64,000 bases of DNA, taken from NCBI GenBank assembly GCA_012295275.1, contig CM022672.1, positions 17,670,001-17,734,000 on the forward strand, written 5' to 3'. The translations under genes were made by a program, and so were the position numbers. Origin of the DNA: Chrysomallon squamiferum. Lineage: Eukaryota > Animalia > Mollusca. The notes under the pieces are model-generated. The model saw only the letters and a list, made by a program, of their open reading frames with translations. It made no database searches and was not told the origin of the DNA. This document shows, piece after piece, positions 1 through 15,100 of this stretch. Each line of letters starts with the position of its first letter. Position 1 is the first letter of the stretch.

Positions 1-2231
1 AGACTTCAGAGTTTTTACTGTTATTGTTATTTCCAATGAAAAATAACATTTTGAATCACCAGGCTTCTAACTATGATGATTTTTATAATACCTATAAATA
101 TGATCCGTACATTTGCTGTTCTTTAAATTTTCCTCCTTCTCTTCTCTTTTCCTATTTCTCATTTTCATTCATTCTTTTTAATTTTTTAAATTTGTTTTTA
201 TCTTGGTTTACAAATTCAAATGGAATTTAAAATTTAAAAATATCACTGCTGATTTAACTGGTTCACTCTAATAACATAAATAGTATTCATGAATGCCAAG
301 TTTAAACAATGTAGATAATTTGGTAACTTTAGTTACAATACACTCCTGAACTAAAGCTGACACCTCTTTGTATTTATTCTGCTGCTATTATAAAAAATCA
401 TAATAATAATAATAAGTTCACTGAAAATAACGAGGAAAAAGTATATTAACTGATTTGATTTTCCAATTTTCTGTTGAGAAAACATTTACTAGTCAGATGG
501 ATGATAATGTGGGAGCATATTCAAAAAAAAAAAGGTATCTAAACAATTAATGGATGACAAGATTGTGTAAGAGTTGATGCTTATACATTAAAATATAATT
601 TTATGAAAATTTTGAGGGCATCAGGACATGCTGATAACATCAAGCTTTTCTAAAGTATGCCATTCAAAACACACACACACACACATGCATGTTTGTTTTC
701 ATATGATCATCTTCTCTTTCTGTCATTGTTTCAATGTTGTTATACATTCACTACTCAATAAAATACCCTTCATAGAAATTTTGTCTTTCTTAATGTACCT
801 TATTTATAATAATATCAGAAAATGTACCATTTTATAATTGGAATTAAAATTCTGATTCCATTTTATCATTTTTTTTTAAACATATAATATTATATACATT
901 ATCTAACAATTATTGTGTCTTGTATCAATAGCAGTTACACAGTTAATTAGCATATCCTAATTGAATTTTATATTTTTCATGGTGAAAGAGAGAGACCAAC
1001 TGTCACCTAGGTGATTATGATTGTAGAAGATGTCAGTTTAGTTGTAAATGGCGATTTGTAAAATGCTGGCTGCATACTGTTATTGAGAAAAGTGTCACAT
1101 GTTAACACTATTATCAAGTCACAGTGATAATTTGAAAAGTAAGTCTGCCACTTTTTTCAGTCAAATTTAAAGCATACCTTGATGATGTGAATAAAGGGTC
1201 TTCATATATTGTGCATAACTTGCAAGTTACCATTTTATTTCTTTTTGCTGTCCAGTCTTAATTAATAATGAAGTATAACAACAAAAGAATACAAAAACAG
1301 TTGCAACTTTTTAGAGTTATTGAAAGAAAACAGACACTAAAAATGCATAAACTATTTAAAGGATAAAACAATAGAGGATTAGCAAAACCATTATGAAACA
1401 CATTATTTGTTCACATAATTATATTTATTTAATTTTTCCAAATAGTACGACATTTTATTCTTTTTCATACAATGCTCCACTTCTAATACATATTACTGCA
1501 CTGATCTTTAAACTTTAAATAAATAAAATCGTGTTACTAAATATTACCCAAATAAAGCTGTTAAGAATAAAAATTACATCACATATTTGATATTAAAGCT
1601 GCCTATAAACATGTCCTTTGTTTCTTAATAATTACCATCATTTTGTGTACGTAGGACATCTGCTTGAATTTCCAAAGATCAACAAAGTGCATCATGTGTT
1701 CAGTAAACTTACATAATCATATATTTTTTATCGAATCCCTATTACATTTGAATATATGCCTGCAGTATTTGTGTTGGTGTACACACTGTTGAAGGAAGAT
1801 CAACATATGATAAAATTCTATTTGTTTCATGTGTTAATACTGCAAAAACAAGTTTGTAAATTGAACAAAAGGCTGAGTCATTAAGAGTATTATTTCTGAA
1901 TAAAATAACATTCTTGAGCATAGCTGTTATGTATCTTGTAAGAATCCTGAGACTAATCACACTGTATTTATAAATATAATAGTCCATTATATTTTTTCTT
2001 TTCTTTTTTTCTTAAAGATTTGTTAAACAACTGCCTCCGGGGATACAGATAAAAGAAAAGTAAACATTTAAATGTATTTATCCACTTCTTAGATATTTGT
2101 TATAACAGTTTTTATTTTATTCATCAAGTACTTTTTGCTACTGATTATTCAGGAGGTTTGTCTGTGTGTTTTCATTTAATTGTTATTTTGCCATTATCCA
2201 ATAAAATCCGGAAGAACAATACTACTGATTA

Positions 2232-2592
2232 CAGTGGTAACATGATTTACGTGACTGAGCTCATAACTCAATTTGCTCGTATATCAAATCAGTTTTCCAC
2301 AAATGAAATGAATTGAAATACCATTAATCCATTCCAGCCGCCCAAAAACCACCCCAATTTTTTTTAACATTTTTAAATAAGAAAAATGTATGTTTAAATG
2401 ACAAATATTGTATAAAAACAAAATGAAAGAGAATGTAAAGAAATAAATTGGTTTTGTAAAGTGTTCAGGGTCAGGGTTTCTCCATCTTTAGGGTATCTGA
2501 AGCTAGCTCATAACTTGGGAGCCAACTCAAAGCAAAAAATCAACCAGGTGGCTGCTCCTAAGTTGGAACACTTGTAATGCGAGGTACCACTG
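2232..2592. mobile_element. Non-autonomous Tc1/mariner (pogo/Tigger-like) MITE, degenerate
   Basis: Left end CAGTGGTAACATGATTTAC (2232) matches the reverse complement of the right end, CAGTGGTACCTCGCATTAC (ends 2592), at 14/19 positions. TA flanks both sides (2230-2231, 2593-2594). No coding capacity. Confidence 0.65.
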
Positions 2593-5500
2593 TATTCTGA
2601 ATTATATTTATTTTGTTTTTCTTTTCTTGATGATGTGCTAGCAATTATCTTATTAGTGTTGACTGCAAAAAAAAAACAAGATAATGCAGCTGATGAAATA
2701 CTTGTACCATTATTATTTTAAAAGTAAAATTAACCCAGTATGAAGTATTTAATAATGCAAAAAATAAAAGAAAACCAATAACTTTTTTTTTTATTTGTTA
2801 CATCTATGAAATTTTATTGAAACCGTAAATAAAAGACATATGATTACATTTTCATTTTGTTTACACAATAATAAATACATTACACATGAACACAAACATA
2901 GCCACTATAGTCATATTCATAACACTGCCGATACTTTTATTTATAATTTATTTTTTTCATTTTTTTTATCATTAGTGTGAAATTCTTTATTTCTGAACAA
3001 TAATAAGAAAACTAGTAAGAAAAATGAAACACTCTTTCACTTTATTAGCTGTAAAGTAAATGTGGATGATGTAGTCTGTAATAATAGTATATAAATAGTA
3101 AAATATCATAAATGAATTTTTCTCAACCAAATTTAATAATACTAAATAATTTAAATGTAAGACTAAATGCTATTGATATACAACACAACACGACTTGAAT
3201 CTGGGAGAAAAAAAAAAGAAAAATTGTAGAAAAATTTGATACATTTACAAAATTAGTCTTTTATGTTTATACATATATACATATCTCAGAAATCTTCACT
3301 GCTGTCTCTAAAATGTTTCTACAAAAATTGAAAAAATGTTAACTTGAATGACCACCATATATTTACAGCCACATGTAATACATTTCTTTCAGTTCCTTCA
3401 TTAGGTATATTTTAGTTTTATATATTTAAGTAATTTAAAATATTTAGGTATATAATCATTCATTTACAAATGAATTGCCTTAAAAACCCCAAAAAAAACA
3501 AACTTTTAAAAACAAATATATATGACAAGCTGAAATATTTTAACATCTGAAGGGGGATAATCCATTTTAACAATTATATGTCATACTCTTTTTTTCAAAA
3601 AGATTTCTTTTTATTTATCCACTTTTTAAAAAATAATGATACTTAATACATGCAAAGAAATAAATTACACATTTTACTGGATTTCTTGGAATATTAGTAT
3701 ATTAGCCACTAATGCAAAACAGGTTCAGAAGTATGCCCCCAAAAGATGAAATGGAAAGAATAGGTAGAAAAATTATCCAAAAATGATTAATTCAAGAAGA
3801 AACTCCACAACATCAAACATTTTACTGACAAGAAAATAGGTTGACTCCATGAAATGTCTAACTAAATTATATTGCAAAGAAAAGAAAGAAAATGATATTT
3901 ACAAAAACTGAATTTCTTTAACAGGAAACTTCTCTGTCTCCAGAACCGGTACAAGAACTGAATGAACACATAAGAAGACTAGATACATATGTTTGATTAT
4001 ACATTAAAGAAAATATTTTTGTTTTGTTTTGTTTACTTACAGCATGCAAGCAATAATAATTATTTTTGCTTCGATTCAACTTTAGCAATTTGAGGATATA
4101 CACATGCAGGTCTATGAAAGTAGTGTTTATCTAATCTCAATAAAAAATTATTCATCCATGTAAGGAACTGTATCTAGAATTTTAATACAAGTTTTTAAAC
4201 AAGCGTTGAATTTCTTTTGACTTTTGTTTTGTGGCTTTCATGATATGGTGGTGTTAAGGTGTTTGATAGGCACATAATTGTGACTTCAAAAATCTGTTAA
4301 AATTGTTTTATGCTACAAACAAAAAGTGCTTTTGAAAACATAATTAGGTTTATGCTATTCCAAATGTAAAAAGGTGTTAATGATGCCTGTGGTTGCTTGC
4401 CAGCTTGGTAATCAAAAGGTCCATTATTCCAAAGGTATGATAAATAAAATAATAAAATTTGGTCAGAAATGATGCAGGGACTTCTTGAGATTTACAACTT
4501 TACAGTGATTTTACAAGCTGATGACATGAGCAGCAATGAAGTCCTGAATTCATTCTTTAAAATCTGAATTTCTACTTTTTGACAAATTTCATTCGAAAGC
4601 GCAGTTTCAAAGCTAATTTGTACTTTTCAAACTTACCTCTGAAAGTCGAAAAGTAGAAATTTTTAACCTGATTTCAGCTTGTACATGGATTATATATTGA
4701 GGGTCAAATACACATCTGCCCAAATTTCGATTTCCTGATTTATGGATCTCTGCAGTACAACGTCTGTGTAAAAGAAGAGATGATCAGGACAAATATATAT
4801 AATGATTAATAATAACACCTTTCCCCTTACAAATCAGTTAATACTTATGCAACAGTGAGGTAATTAAAAAATACAAATAAATAAATAAATAGATAAATAA
4901 ATAAATTTTAAAATACTTGAACAAAAATGATTATAACATATATTTATTTTTTCAAATCTAGTTTCTAATGGCCATATAGAATTTGTATGTCCCAAGATGA
5001 TCTAATCCTTAAATGTTCTATTTACATTTTTTGTTTGTTTATTTATAAAAAAAAATCAACAAAACCGCTATAAAATAAACACAAAAATGTGAAGCACAGA
5101 ACTAAACATATGGAAAGAAAGAAAAAAATATGAATGTTTACTAAAAAGATTATTTACATGCTGTGCGAAAAATGAAAATTCTTTTATTTTTATATTCAGT
5201 ATTCTATTTTCTCTAATTTAAACGACAGCAATAACAAATAAAAAATCAGATTGCGTAGATTATCTTATATGATTATTTTAAACAGTGTATCAAAATAATA
5301 TTTAGCCATTATTAGTTAAACTAAGGAATAATGAATTACCATGGATCTATTACTAAAAAGCTTGATTGATTAATTTCATGGTGCATTATGCAAAAGATTG
5401 GCTATATTTACAGCTGTAACTTTCCTTCTCGAATAAGGAAAACAGTACAAGTTGCTATATAAAAATATATTAGGAGTTAATACATGCAGATTCAAAACAC

Positions 5501-7629
5501 TGTGTAACATCAAATACAATGACAGATCAAAAATAGCTAAACTGACAAACTTCAAAATTGCAAAATAATATAAACACCAAACTAAACAAAGTGTATTTAT
5601 ACATTCCTCAAATACGAATCATTTTATTTAACAATACATTTTTTTTTTTTTTAAATAATAAAAATTTAAAAAGAAAGAAAAAATTTACATAGAATATAAA
5701 TGACAAAATTAACCTATTTTATACAGTAATATTCATTTACCGTGGCTTATTATACATAACAGACATTACCTGTGCTTATAAATGTATTATAATAGTATCA
5801 TACAAATTAAAATGTTCTGAAAGATGATACTGCATTCATACTTTTTTTTTTTTAAATATTATGAACAATGGAACCTACAAAGTTTAAACTACCTGCAACA
5901 ACAAAGTCTATTGTGCAAAATGCTAAAATTTTAAAAGCCACCCATAATTTTTTTACAATAACTTGAATGACAATTCTGCCTATTATTTGAGTACAATGAA
6001 AATATTTAAAAATATGTAGAATGTCAAAAAAACACAAAAAAAAAACCCCCTAACAAAACACACTAGTATTTCTTCAATTGTTTTAAAGTAATTAAACTAA
6101 ATGATAAAACTTTTTAAACAAAATTTTAGTGGTACTGGTTTGGGTTTAAAAAAAAAGAACACCAAACCCCCCCCCCCACAACAATGGTGTAAAATAAATT
6201 GAAAAATTCTCATTCTAACTAAAACATTTAATAAAATTTTAATGTAAGCAACAACTATTCACTGGGTACAGTTTGTATCACATGGAAATTTAATCTGTGG
6301 TCATCAAGAAGTGAGCTCAAAGACAAAATTGCTTTGAAATGTTGTGCGTGACCAGCTTTAGACATTATTATTTATAATTTTTGTTTTTTGTATTTAATTT
6401 AAAAAAAAAAAAAAAAAAAAATATTGAAATAAAGGACTTCTCAAAAACTGTTTCCTAAACTGGAGTTATGAGTAATTTTAAGGTATAAATAATTGAAATT
6501 TGTTACAAAGAGAATTTAAAGAAATTTAAGCGTTCCTATAAAAGTTGTTTTTTTAAATTAAATAATTGGATAATACTTCAAAATGTTTAAATATTTGTTT
6601 TTCACTTCATGAAATCTTAATTGAATTAAAAAATATCAATTTTTAATAAATCATAGGTATAACGAAAGTTATAACTGCAAATATAAAAAAAAAAAAAAAA
6701 TTTCAAACTTTTCTGCTTAAAAGCATGAAATGATTATTTTCAGTTGTAACCCTTTGACAAAGATGCAAAACCTTTAACCAGAATACAGATGGCTGGATAT
6801 AGTGCAATTTTTGTTTTGTTTAAAAAGAAAAACGATGTTTTTTTCTCCCCAGTTATTTGATAATTACTTCTATAAGTTATATTTAAAAAAAAATAATAAT
6901 TAAATAATTTTTTTAGTGACTGGAGTTAAACCTGATTGATTCTATATTTGCAGATATCCTTTTGATTACACATAGAATGTTTTAAAATAAAACCTTTCTT
7001 TGTTCCTAGCACATACTGTCCAATCACAAACCATTTGAATTTACATATGGTATTAGAGACATTCAATAGCAGTTATGTACAAATGATAAAATAAATTGCA
7101 AATGTGTACCAGTCAAATGACAAACATACTTTTAAACAGTTCTTGTATTTAAACTTGAAAAAAATAAAATTAATAAACTCTAACCCAGGTAAATGTTATG
7201 TATATTTTAACTGTCCTGCCCAATAAATGATTATAACCACTTAGTGTGACAAATGGATTCTTATTTGAATATATTTTCCAGAAGGACAAACTATGATTGT
7301 AATTACACAGTTTTTAAAATTAGTAATGCAACAGTTCTGATAGGCTGTTTTATATCATCATTCAGAAAAGTCAATGCTCAAAAATAAAGTTCAACTACAT
7401 CTGTCATATTTTAAAATAATTATATACATCTTTGATAAAAAGAAGAAGCAGCAAAAGTATTGTAACTTCCCAGGGATATCAAAGCATGCGCCTTCCTGAT
7501 AGATACAAAACAAAATGTCTTTATAAAAACAAATAATAAAATAAAATAAAATAAAATAATATAAATAAAATTAAAAAACATTCTTCAATTAATATTACTC
7601 CATCAGTCAAATGTTTGCTTGCTACTCGT

Positions 7630-8848
7630 TCAGTCTACTGCTGGTGCAGTTATGGCAGCCATGTTCAAATATTTTTTAGCAAACAGAAACATTCTGAAAA
7701 AAAAAGAAAAAAATAGAATTTTATCACCAAACAGAATGTAAATTTTAACTGTGCTGAATTAAATATTAATAGGAATATATATATATATATATGTATGTAT
7801 GTATGTATGTTGTATATATATAGTATTTTAATAAGTGCAAACAATTACCATAATCTTCCATTAAATACTTGATAAAAAAAAAAATAATAATAATAATAAT
7901 ACAAAACATTAAATATTCATTTTTAAATCTACTAGTTGACAATATGTAGATGATACAGAACAGAGAGAGTAAAATTTATACTGACATGAATATAAGAAAA
8001 TAACATTATGCTTATTAAAAAAAAAAAAATGGAATAAATAAATTCAGCAATTACCATAGAGACAAGTAAATTAGTAACCAAAACCAATGTCAAACATTCA
8101 TAAATAAATAAATGAGAACAGTATATAATTATATTAAAATAATTTAATCAATAATAACGAAACAAAAGAAAACATTTACACAGCAGCTCCAAGGAAGAAG
8201 GTTGCAGCGTGTGTGAGCAGCAGTGTAGGCAGATTTTCCAGCGTGAATACGGCTCGTTTTAAGGCATTGGTGTGGCGAACACTCAGTGGATGCTGCCGAG
8301 GCTTGCTTATTGGGTGTCGAAACTTGCCATTCCAGTCCCTAAAACATACGTTTAACAAAATATCACACAACTGAACGCCTGTCAAGTGTACTGCACATTA
8401 CACATCTTTCTGACTGCTAGCCAGATCATTCTTTAAAGCTAGCTTATCCTAGATCTTTTTCTCTTTTTTTTTTTTTTTTTTAACTGTTGATGCTGTTAGT
8501 GCCAGGCAAAAAGCCCAGTTTTAAAGTGCTTGGCTGTGGATTAATCATACCCAGCACAAAGTTTTACACACTTATGTGGTTTTTTTTTTTAATATTTCAT
8601 TTTTCAAGGATGTGTTTAAATTTCCATTTACATGGTGTAAAATAACTGCTTATTTTTATTATTTTGTTTTGTCAAAGGTTAATAAGACAAATGTTATCTT
8701 GATATTACAATCGGGATTAAGACAGTGCAAATTTGATGATATTATTTAGATATATTTTATTTTTTATTTCTCTCACCCAGGTGGCATCACTTCTGGTCGA
8801 CTTGACCAATCCCAAATCCAATCTGTTCCTGGATCCTAAAAAATGTAA

Positions 8849-8879
<31 letters not shown>

Positions 8880-8882
8880 AAA

Positions 8883-8953
<71 letters not shown>

Positions 8954-10053
8954 CAACAACAATAATAATAATAGTTCTTTTTAACTTCTAACAGACATCT
9001 TGAAATCGTGTATGTATATTAAAAAATGATGCTGTTTTAACCCCCACCTTGCTTTTTGTACACTCACTATAGTTAGACATTATACTGAAAGGTAAATTCA
9101 CTGGAATTAAAGTTAAATACATTTTAAAATACTGAACAAATAACATGTTTATTTAAAATTCTAATCCTATTTCCACATCTGTTTCAGCATTCCAGCAGCA
9201 AATCTGCATTTCCCCTGTGTACAATATTCACGCACATGTATAATGCATGAAAATCTCTGTTCTCATACAATTTTCATTAAAAAAAAAAATAATAATAAAA
9301 AAAGAATGTGTCCTAATACAATGTGAGAGCATTAACACTGACACAAAGTCTCCTTTCTACTCATCATACATAGATTTTCGTCTGTGTAAATATTCATCAG
9401 TTTTCATTTTGTTTTAACTCATTTAACTACATTACTCACAACTTATTGTTTAAATGTTCAAATGTAAAAGTACAAACAGTTTATTTACTGATCTAGCAGC
9501 AAATAAACAAAAAAGGTAAACAACACTGATCATGTTGGTGTCACATGCTGATGATGTTCAAGGTTAAAATTTAATTATTACCAATGTTAACACTGATATT
9601 TCTGTTATTCTATTCATTAGGTTTACCTTTCTGTTTCATTTGTGTTTATAATTGAGATAAATAAACAATCATTATTATGCTGACTGTAGCTAGATAAATA
9701 GATGTGACCTGGTGCTTCTGACCTGACCTTTTGTCTCTTCGTAGATTATATTTGTAGTGAAAATTATTACAACAATGAGAGTTATTTTAAAAAATAAAAC
9801 ATAAACGACAATCTGTTAATGAATATAGAATGATATAATAACAAAATAATTGACAAATTAAACTAAACGCATGTTACAAAATAAAAACAGCTAATGAACC
9901 TCTATTATTATTATTATTATTATTATTATCTAGTTTGTTATTGTTTTTTTTTATTACATATTTCCGTGCTGAAACAAATAGATCTATTTATTATTTATGT
10001 TTTGTTAGCTGTTTTATATTTTTATTTTTCTCCCTCTTTTGCTTTTTCTTTGT

Positions 10054-10120
<67 letters not shown>

Positions 10121-10345
10121 TCTCTGTACATCAGATTTTCAAACCACTGCATGTCACAGTTATCGCTGCCCTAATATCAAATGTTTCCTGCACACTGACA
10201 TAACTCACTTAGCAGCATTTGTTACCATGGAAACTGTAGCAGTAATGAAGCTGTGAACAGTACACCACAGAAGAATAATTATGTAAATGACAACCATAAT
10301 TTAACTTAATGATCAATATATATTGTCAAGGACACTACCAAGAGA

Positions 10346-10376
<31 letters not shown>

Positions 10377-12068
10377 TAGGTGTATGATGTGCAAAAATTA
10401 ATTCTGACGGATCAATGATTATTAGTAACTGACTCTCTGTCTACTTCACTGATCAATATAATCAACAAGTAATCTACATCAGGTGTGCTGTCTAACAGTG
10501 TTCTTGAACTCTAATGGATATAATACCAGTAACCAAAATATTTTTTAATATTTTTGTTTTGTTCTAATCATTGTTTTTGTTGTTTTTTTTTTCCTTTAAG
10601 ATAAAGTTATTTTGGATTAACTACACAAGGATATTTACAGATAATAGCTTTTTATTTCCGCTTTTTTCCTACTGTATTGTATTTCTATTGTACTTTTAAT
10701 TTTTTAATTTTTTTTTATTGTTATATACATATGTATGTATTCAGTTTTTTAAATAACAGTTCATTATCTCAATGAAAAATGCAAGAACAGATTTTATTCA
10801 AGTGCATCACAAATTACAGTTTATTTCTTCTTTATACATTTTTTAAACATTTATTGAATTGTTTATGTGTCTCTATGGCTTTTGTGTGTGTGTGTGTGGA
10901 TTCGCTTCTGTATGTTTTACTTCCTTATAACACCTGTATTTTATTTTCAGACAGTTACTACCTCTGCACTAAGCCTCAAAAAAACCCCAAGAATTTCTCA
11001 TTTGTTCAGCTCAACAGCTGACAGTTAGGTCATGTCAAGATAATTGTAATGGTGTCAATGGATGTTTCTGCTGAGTCATTTTTCTCAGATACTGCTGTAA
11101 GGAACGGAGATTGGCTGGTGTAGAAATCTGACACCATAACCCAGAAACAAACAATGCAGTCTAAGAGTACAGCTTGTTTGGATATTTTCTAACAAACTGT
11201 GAAGATAATGTGCTTCAAGCTACAAGGAAGGCAGTGGAATTATGTATCAGTACTGCCTCCTGCAAGTGGGAGATGTAAACAGTGCTGTGCTGACTTCTAC
11301 ACTTCTACATGTTTACTTACTAACAAAACAAAAAAAATCAAATAGCACAGTAAACAGGTGTACAGGCAAATCTGTCAATCTTCTGACATCATCTGACTGT
11401 TATTATTTTTAGTCAATATTTAACTTACAGATTTTCTGAATGGGGCTTTTTTTTTTTGTTATTAACATAATCACTGTTGTTGGCAGAAAGTTGTTTGCTT
11501 TTTTAAAATTATTTTTTATATTTCTTTTAACCATCTGGTTTTTTTTTTTTTTTTTTTGTTGTTGTTTTTTGTATGTGTTGTTTATTTGAATGTAATGAAA
11601 TATAAATATGAGAAGTGAAAGAAAAAGTAACTGAAGTTATTTATGACTTCAAACTTCTTAATAATGAATCAAGAGACTGAAAAATTCAGAGAGAGAAGGG
11701 AGGGGTTGGTGGAAACATTGTGTACAATTCAGAATGAATGAACCTCATTCTATTAACTTGAGGCGTGAATAATGACAGCTGAATAAGAAATCTGTAGATT
11801 TTTTCTCTCAAATTTGCACAGTTCTTGTTGGAATGGGAAAGAATCTAAAGTCCATATTGAAAAAGACTGCTCTTTTTAATGTGTTACTGTTGTAATAATT
11901 CCAAAAAGAAAACGTATTTTATATAATGTGATGCTGACCTAACAAAAATACCACAGTTGTTTAAAACAGTATCGTATTTATTATCAGTGAGGCAACAGGT
12001 TGTGAGCTGGAAAAGTAATTAACATTAGTCAATACATTAACTCATTTTTGTGAAATTGAAAAACAAAA

Positions 12069-12125
<57 letters not shown>

Positions 12126-15100
12126 TTTGAAAACTGAATGTTTAATGATACATTTTAAAGTACATGTCAAAACAAGCTGTTGTCAAGGACATTTGCCCTT
12201 GCCACACAATCCAGAAATATCGTTTATTACTGCCAGTCAATATTAACTGTTGGCATAGTACTTATAATTCCAAACACTACATCACATCTTGTTTATCAAA
12301 AACAGTGATGTGTGGGGTTTTTTTTTCTCTCTCTCTCTCTCTCTACATATATAAATATCTTGCTGCTAATGATTAACAAGATAACCATGAAGTGTGGTTC
12401 AACAGTCATATCATAATCAGACAATAATGTTATACCAGTAAGTGCAATTAGTAAAATGTCTTTAGGTCTCGTTGAACTTTGACTGACTGAATTTTGGTTA
12501 GAAATACAAATCACTGTGACAAGCTTGGAGATTACATTTGAGAACAGGACAATTTCACATTGTACTGCACGTTAATATTCACATCGCAGCTTTTAATTAT
12601 GCAAATACTGTTGAAGGAATCTTGTCTGAAACAGTTAAAAACTTATTTTGAATGACCGAGGGCATTACCGCATGTTTATAATAAGAAATATAAGATTATT
12701 TTGTTATAGTATGATTATATCAAATACAATAACTAGATGTAAATAAGACAACAATTCCAGTGTTATATTAACATTTATATCAGTCATCAGTTTCAACAGA
12801 TGTAATAATGAATACGCATTAAAATACATAGGACATTTTAAATATGTAAAACAACTCCAGTAACAGTTATCTGATACTGATACTGTTACTTTTATTTTTT
12901 TTTTAAACTTTTTGGCTTTTTCTTTTGTTTTTTTTTTTTTTTTTTTTTTTCTTGCATTAAATATTAAGGTAGATAAATTATATGTATTTTATTTTAAAAT
13001 GTTTTTACCTGTCTTGATCTCCATTCTCCTGCAGCCCATTCATTGTTAGGACTATGTGGACTTTTAGGGCTGAAAAATGAAACAACCAGCTTTATACGAC
13101 TAAAGAGATTTATAACAAGACAGACAGAAACAGCAAGAGAAAGAGAGACAAGAAGGAAAGTGTGAGAGAAAAAGTAAGAGAGGCAGAGGAATAGAGAAAA
13201 TAAGTGAATGAACTTAACTGCCAGAGATTAAAAAAAAAAAAAAAATAAAAAATAAAGATAGATTTATAATTAGTCAACAGAAACCAAAAACAAAGGCATT
13301 TAAATAATAATTTAAACCTACTTCTAAGTATATGTATATGTAATACCATGAACATATAAAACCAAAGGGCATAATATGAAAATAAATAATTGTGGTAAAT
13401 TAGCCTTTAATTTAGTGCGGTTCAGTTCTTCTGTATAGAAAACAGGTTTTAATTCTTAGTAGCCTAACTACTAACTACATGACCATCATTCAGGTACAAC
13501 ACGTCAAAGGAATGTTAGTTTTCTAGAATGTCAAATGTAGACACTGTGACACATCATTCTGTTTAAGTAAATAATCAAACATTCTCTATGACTCTTCATA
13601 TATGGCAACTTTTTGTCTGGGTGGGAAATGAACTTAATGACATGCATAGTAACAAACCAACCAATAAACAGATACACACACTCACATACACACAATATAC
13701 TGAGTCATGAGTTAAAACAGTTTAGATATATTTCAGTAGATAAACATGTTGGTTACGTTCAGCACTATAATAATCTGTGCTGACGGATTTTATATAAATC
13801 AGTCATTTTTCTCTATGTTGATATCATGATATGTATCTGTCAATTATTTCAGGTCAAATGAACATTCACAATGGTTTGCTTATTGCCCTGTATTAAAGTA
13901 ACATGGTCTTAATTCACCATACATTATACAACTTCATAATTACAGTGATTAAAAACAAAATAACTACCTTATTTCACATACCAAGCACACTGTATGTTAA
14001 AAAAGGACACGTTATAAAATAAATGTAGCCTCAATTTACTTCAATCTGCACAGTGAATTTGACGTGTTATAAACCATAACAAAAAATATGCTTTACAAAG
14101 TTAAGCTTCAAAGAAACAATATATATATATATATATTTATATATATAGGTAGACTGACATCTTATATGATTGTACTGGTCACCCAGTATTTACAATACTA
14201 ACAGCCAAATATATGAGGTGAATTAAACATACTATAATCAGAGTGAATGATTAACCCTTATGCAATGTACACAAACCAGTGTATGTTATTGCTATAGTCT
14301 AAATGTGATACATAATCTATGATAATGTGATGCAATATTATCAGTTATCTGAGATTACATAGCAATTGTTGTTAAGTAAGCAAACAACAAAATATAGTAA
14401 TACCCTAACAGCTGATAGTTAACTGGTATAAAATCCTCAAGCCACACTACAATGATTTTAAGATAGCAGTGAATGAATACCAGTATTTTCTTAATGATTC
14501 TTCAGTGTCAACTTTTCATACAGTGTGTATATATGACATTCTAATCACTGAAATTCAGTTTTCAGAGAGATAACTTTTATAAACAAACAAGGAAACAGAT
14601 ACCATTCTCAAAATATAGGTGTGTTTTTTTTTTGGGGGGGGTGTTAAATTCTAGCAAGCCCAGCACTGTGTATGATTCTGTGTATTTCAACCACTACAGA
14701 CCATTCAAACTATAAAAGATTCAACATTTGTACTCTAAATAAAATCTACTATTGTTCTCCTTAACAGAGAACGAAACAACAACAACGACAGCAGCAACAA
14801 AAATTAAAAAATAGGAAGTGGATTCTCTGTAAATCTTTTCAAACAAATACCCCACACACATGAACAACAGGAATATTAATTATACCTGTAAATATATCTT
14901 CAGCTTTGAGATTCATTAACTCTTCTCAGATTTAATTAGAAAGTGATATATGAGCATATGCAAGCCTGCTTGATTACTCATATGATGCAACATTTAATGG
15001 ACACAGCAAAACAAGCTATAACATATAGATTTTTATTACTACTGTTGTTGATATTATTTTATATTGTGTAAACTGTAAGTTATAAAATAAAATAATAAAA

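Noticed and set aside
1-7600. Possible additional gene in the first 7.6 kb
   Set aside because: No exon chain or recognisable protein motif was found. Likely BNIP3 3'UTR plus intergenic DNA.
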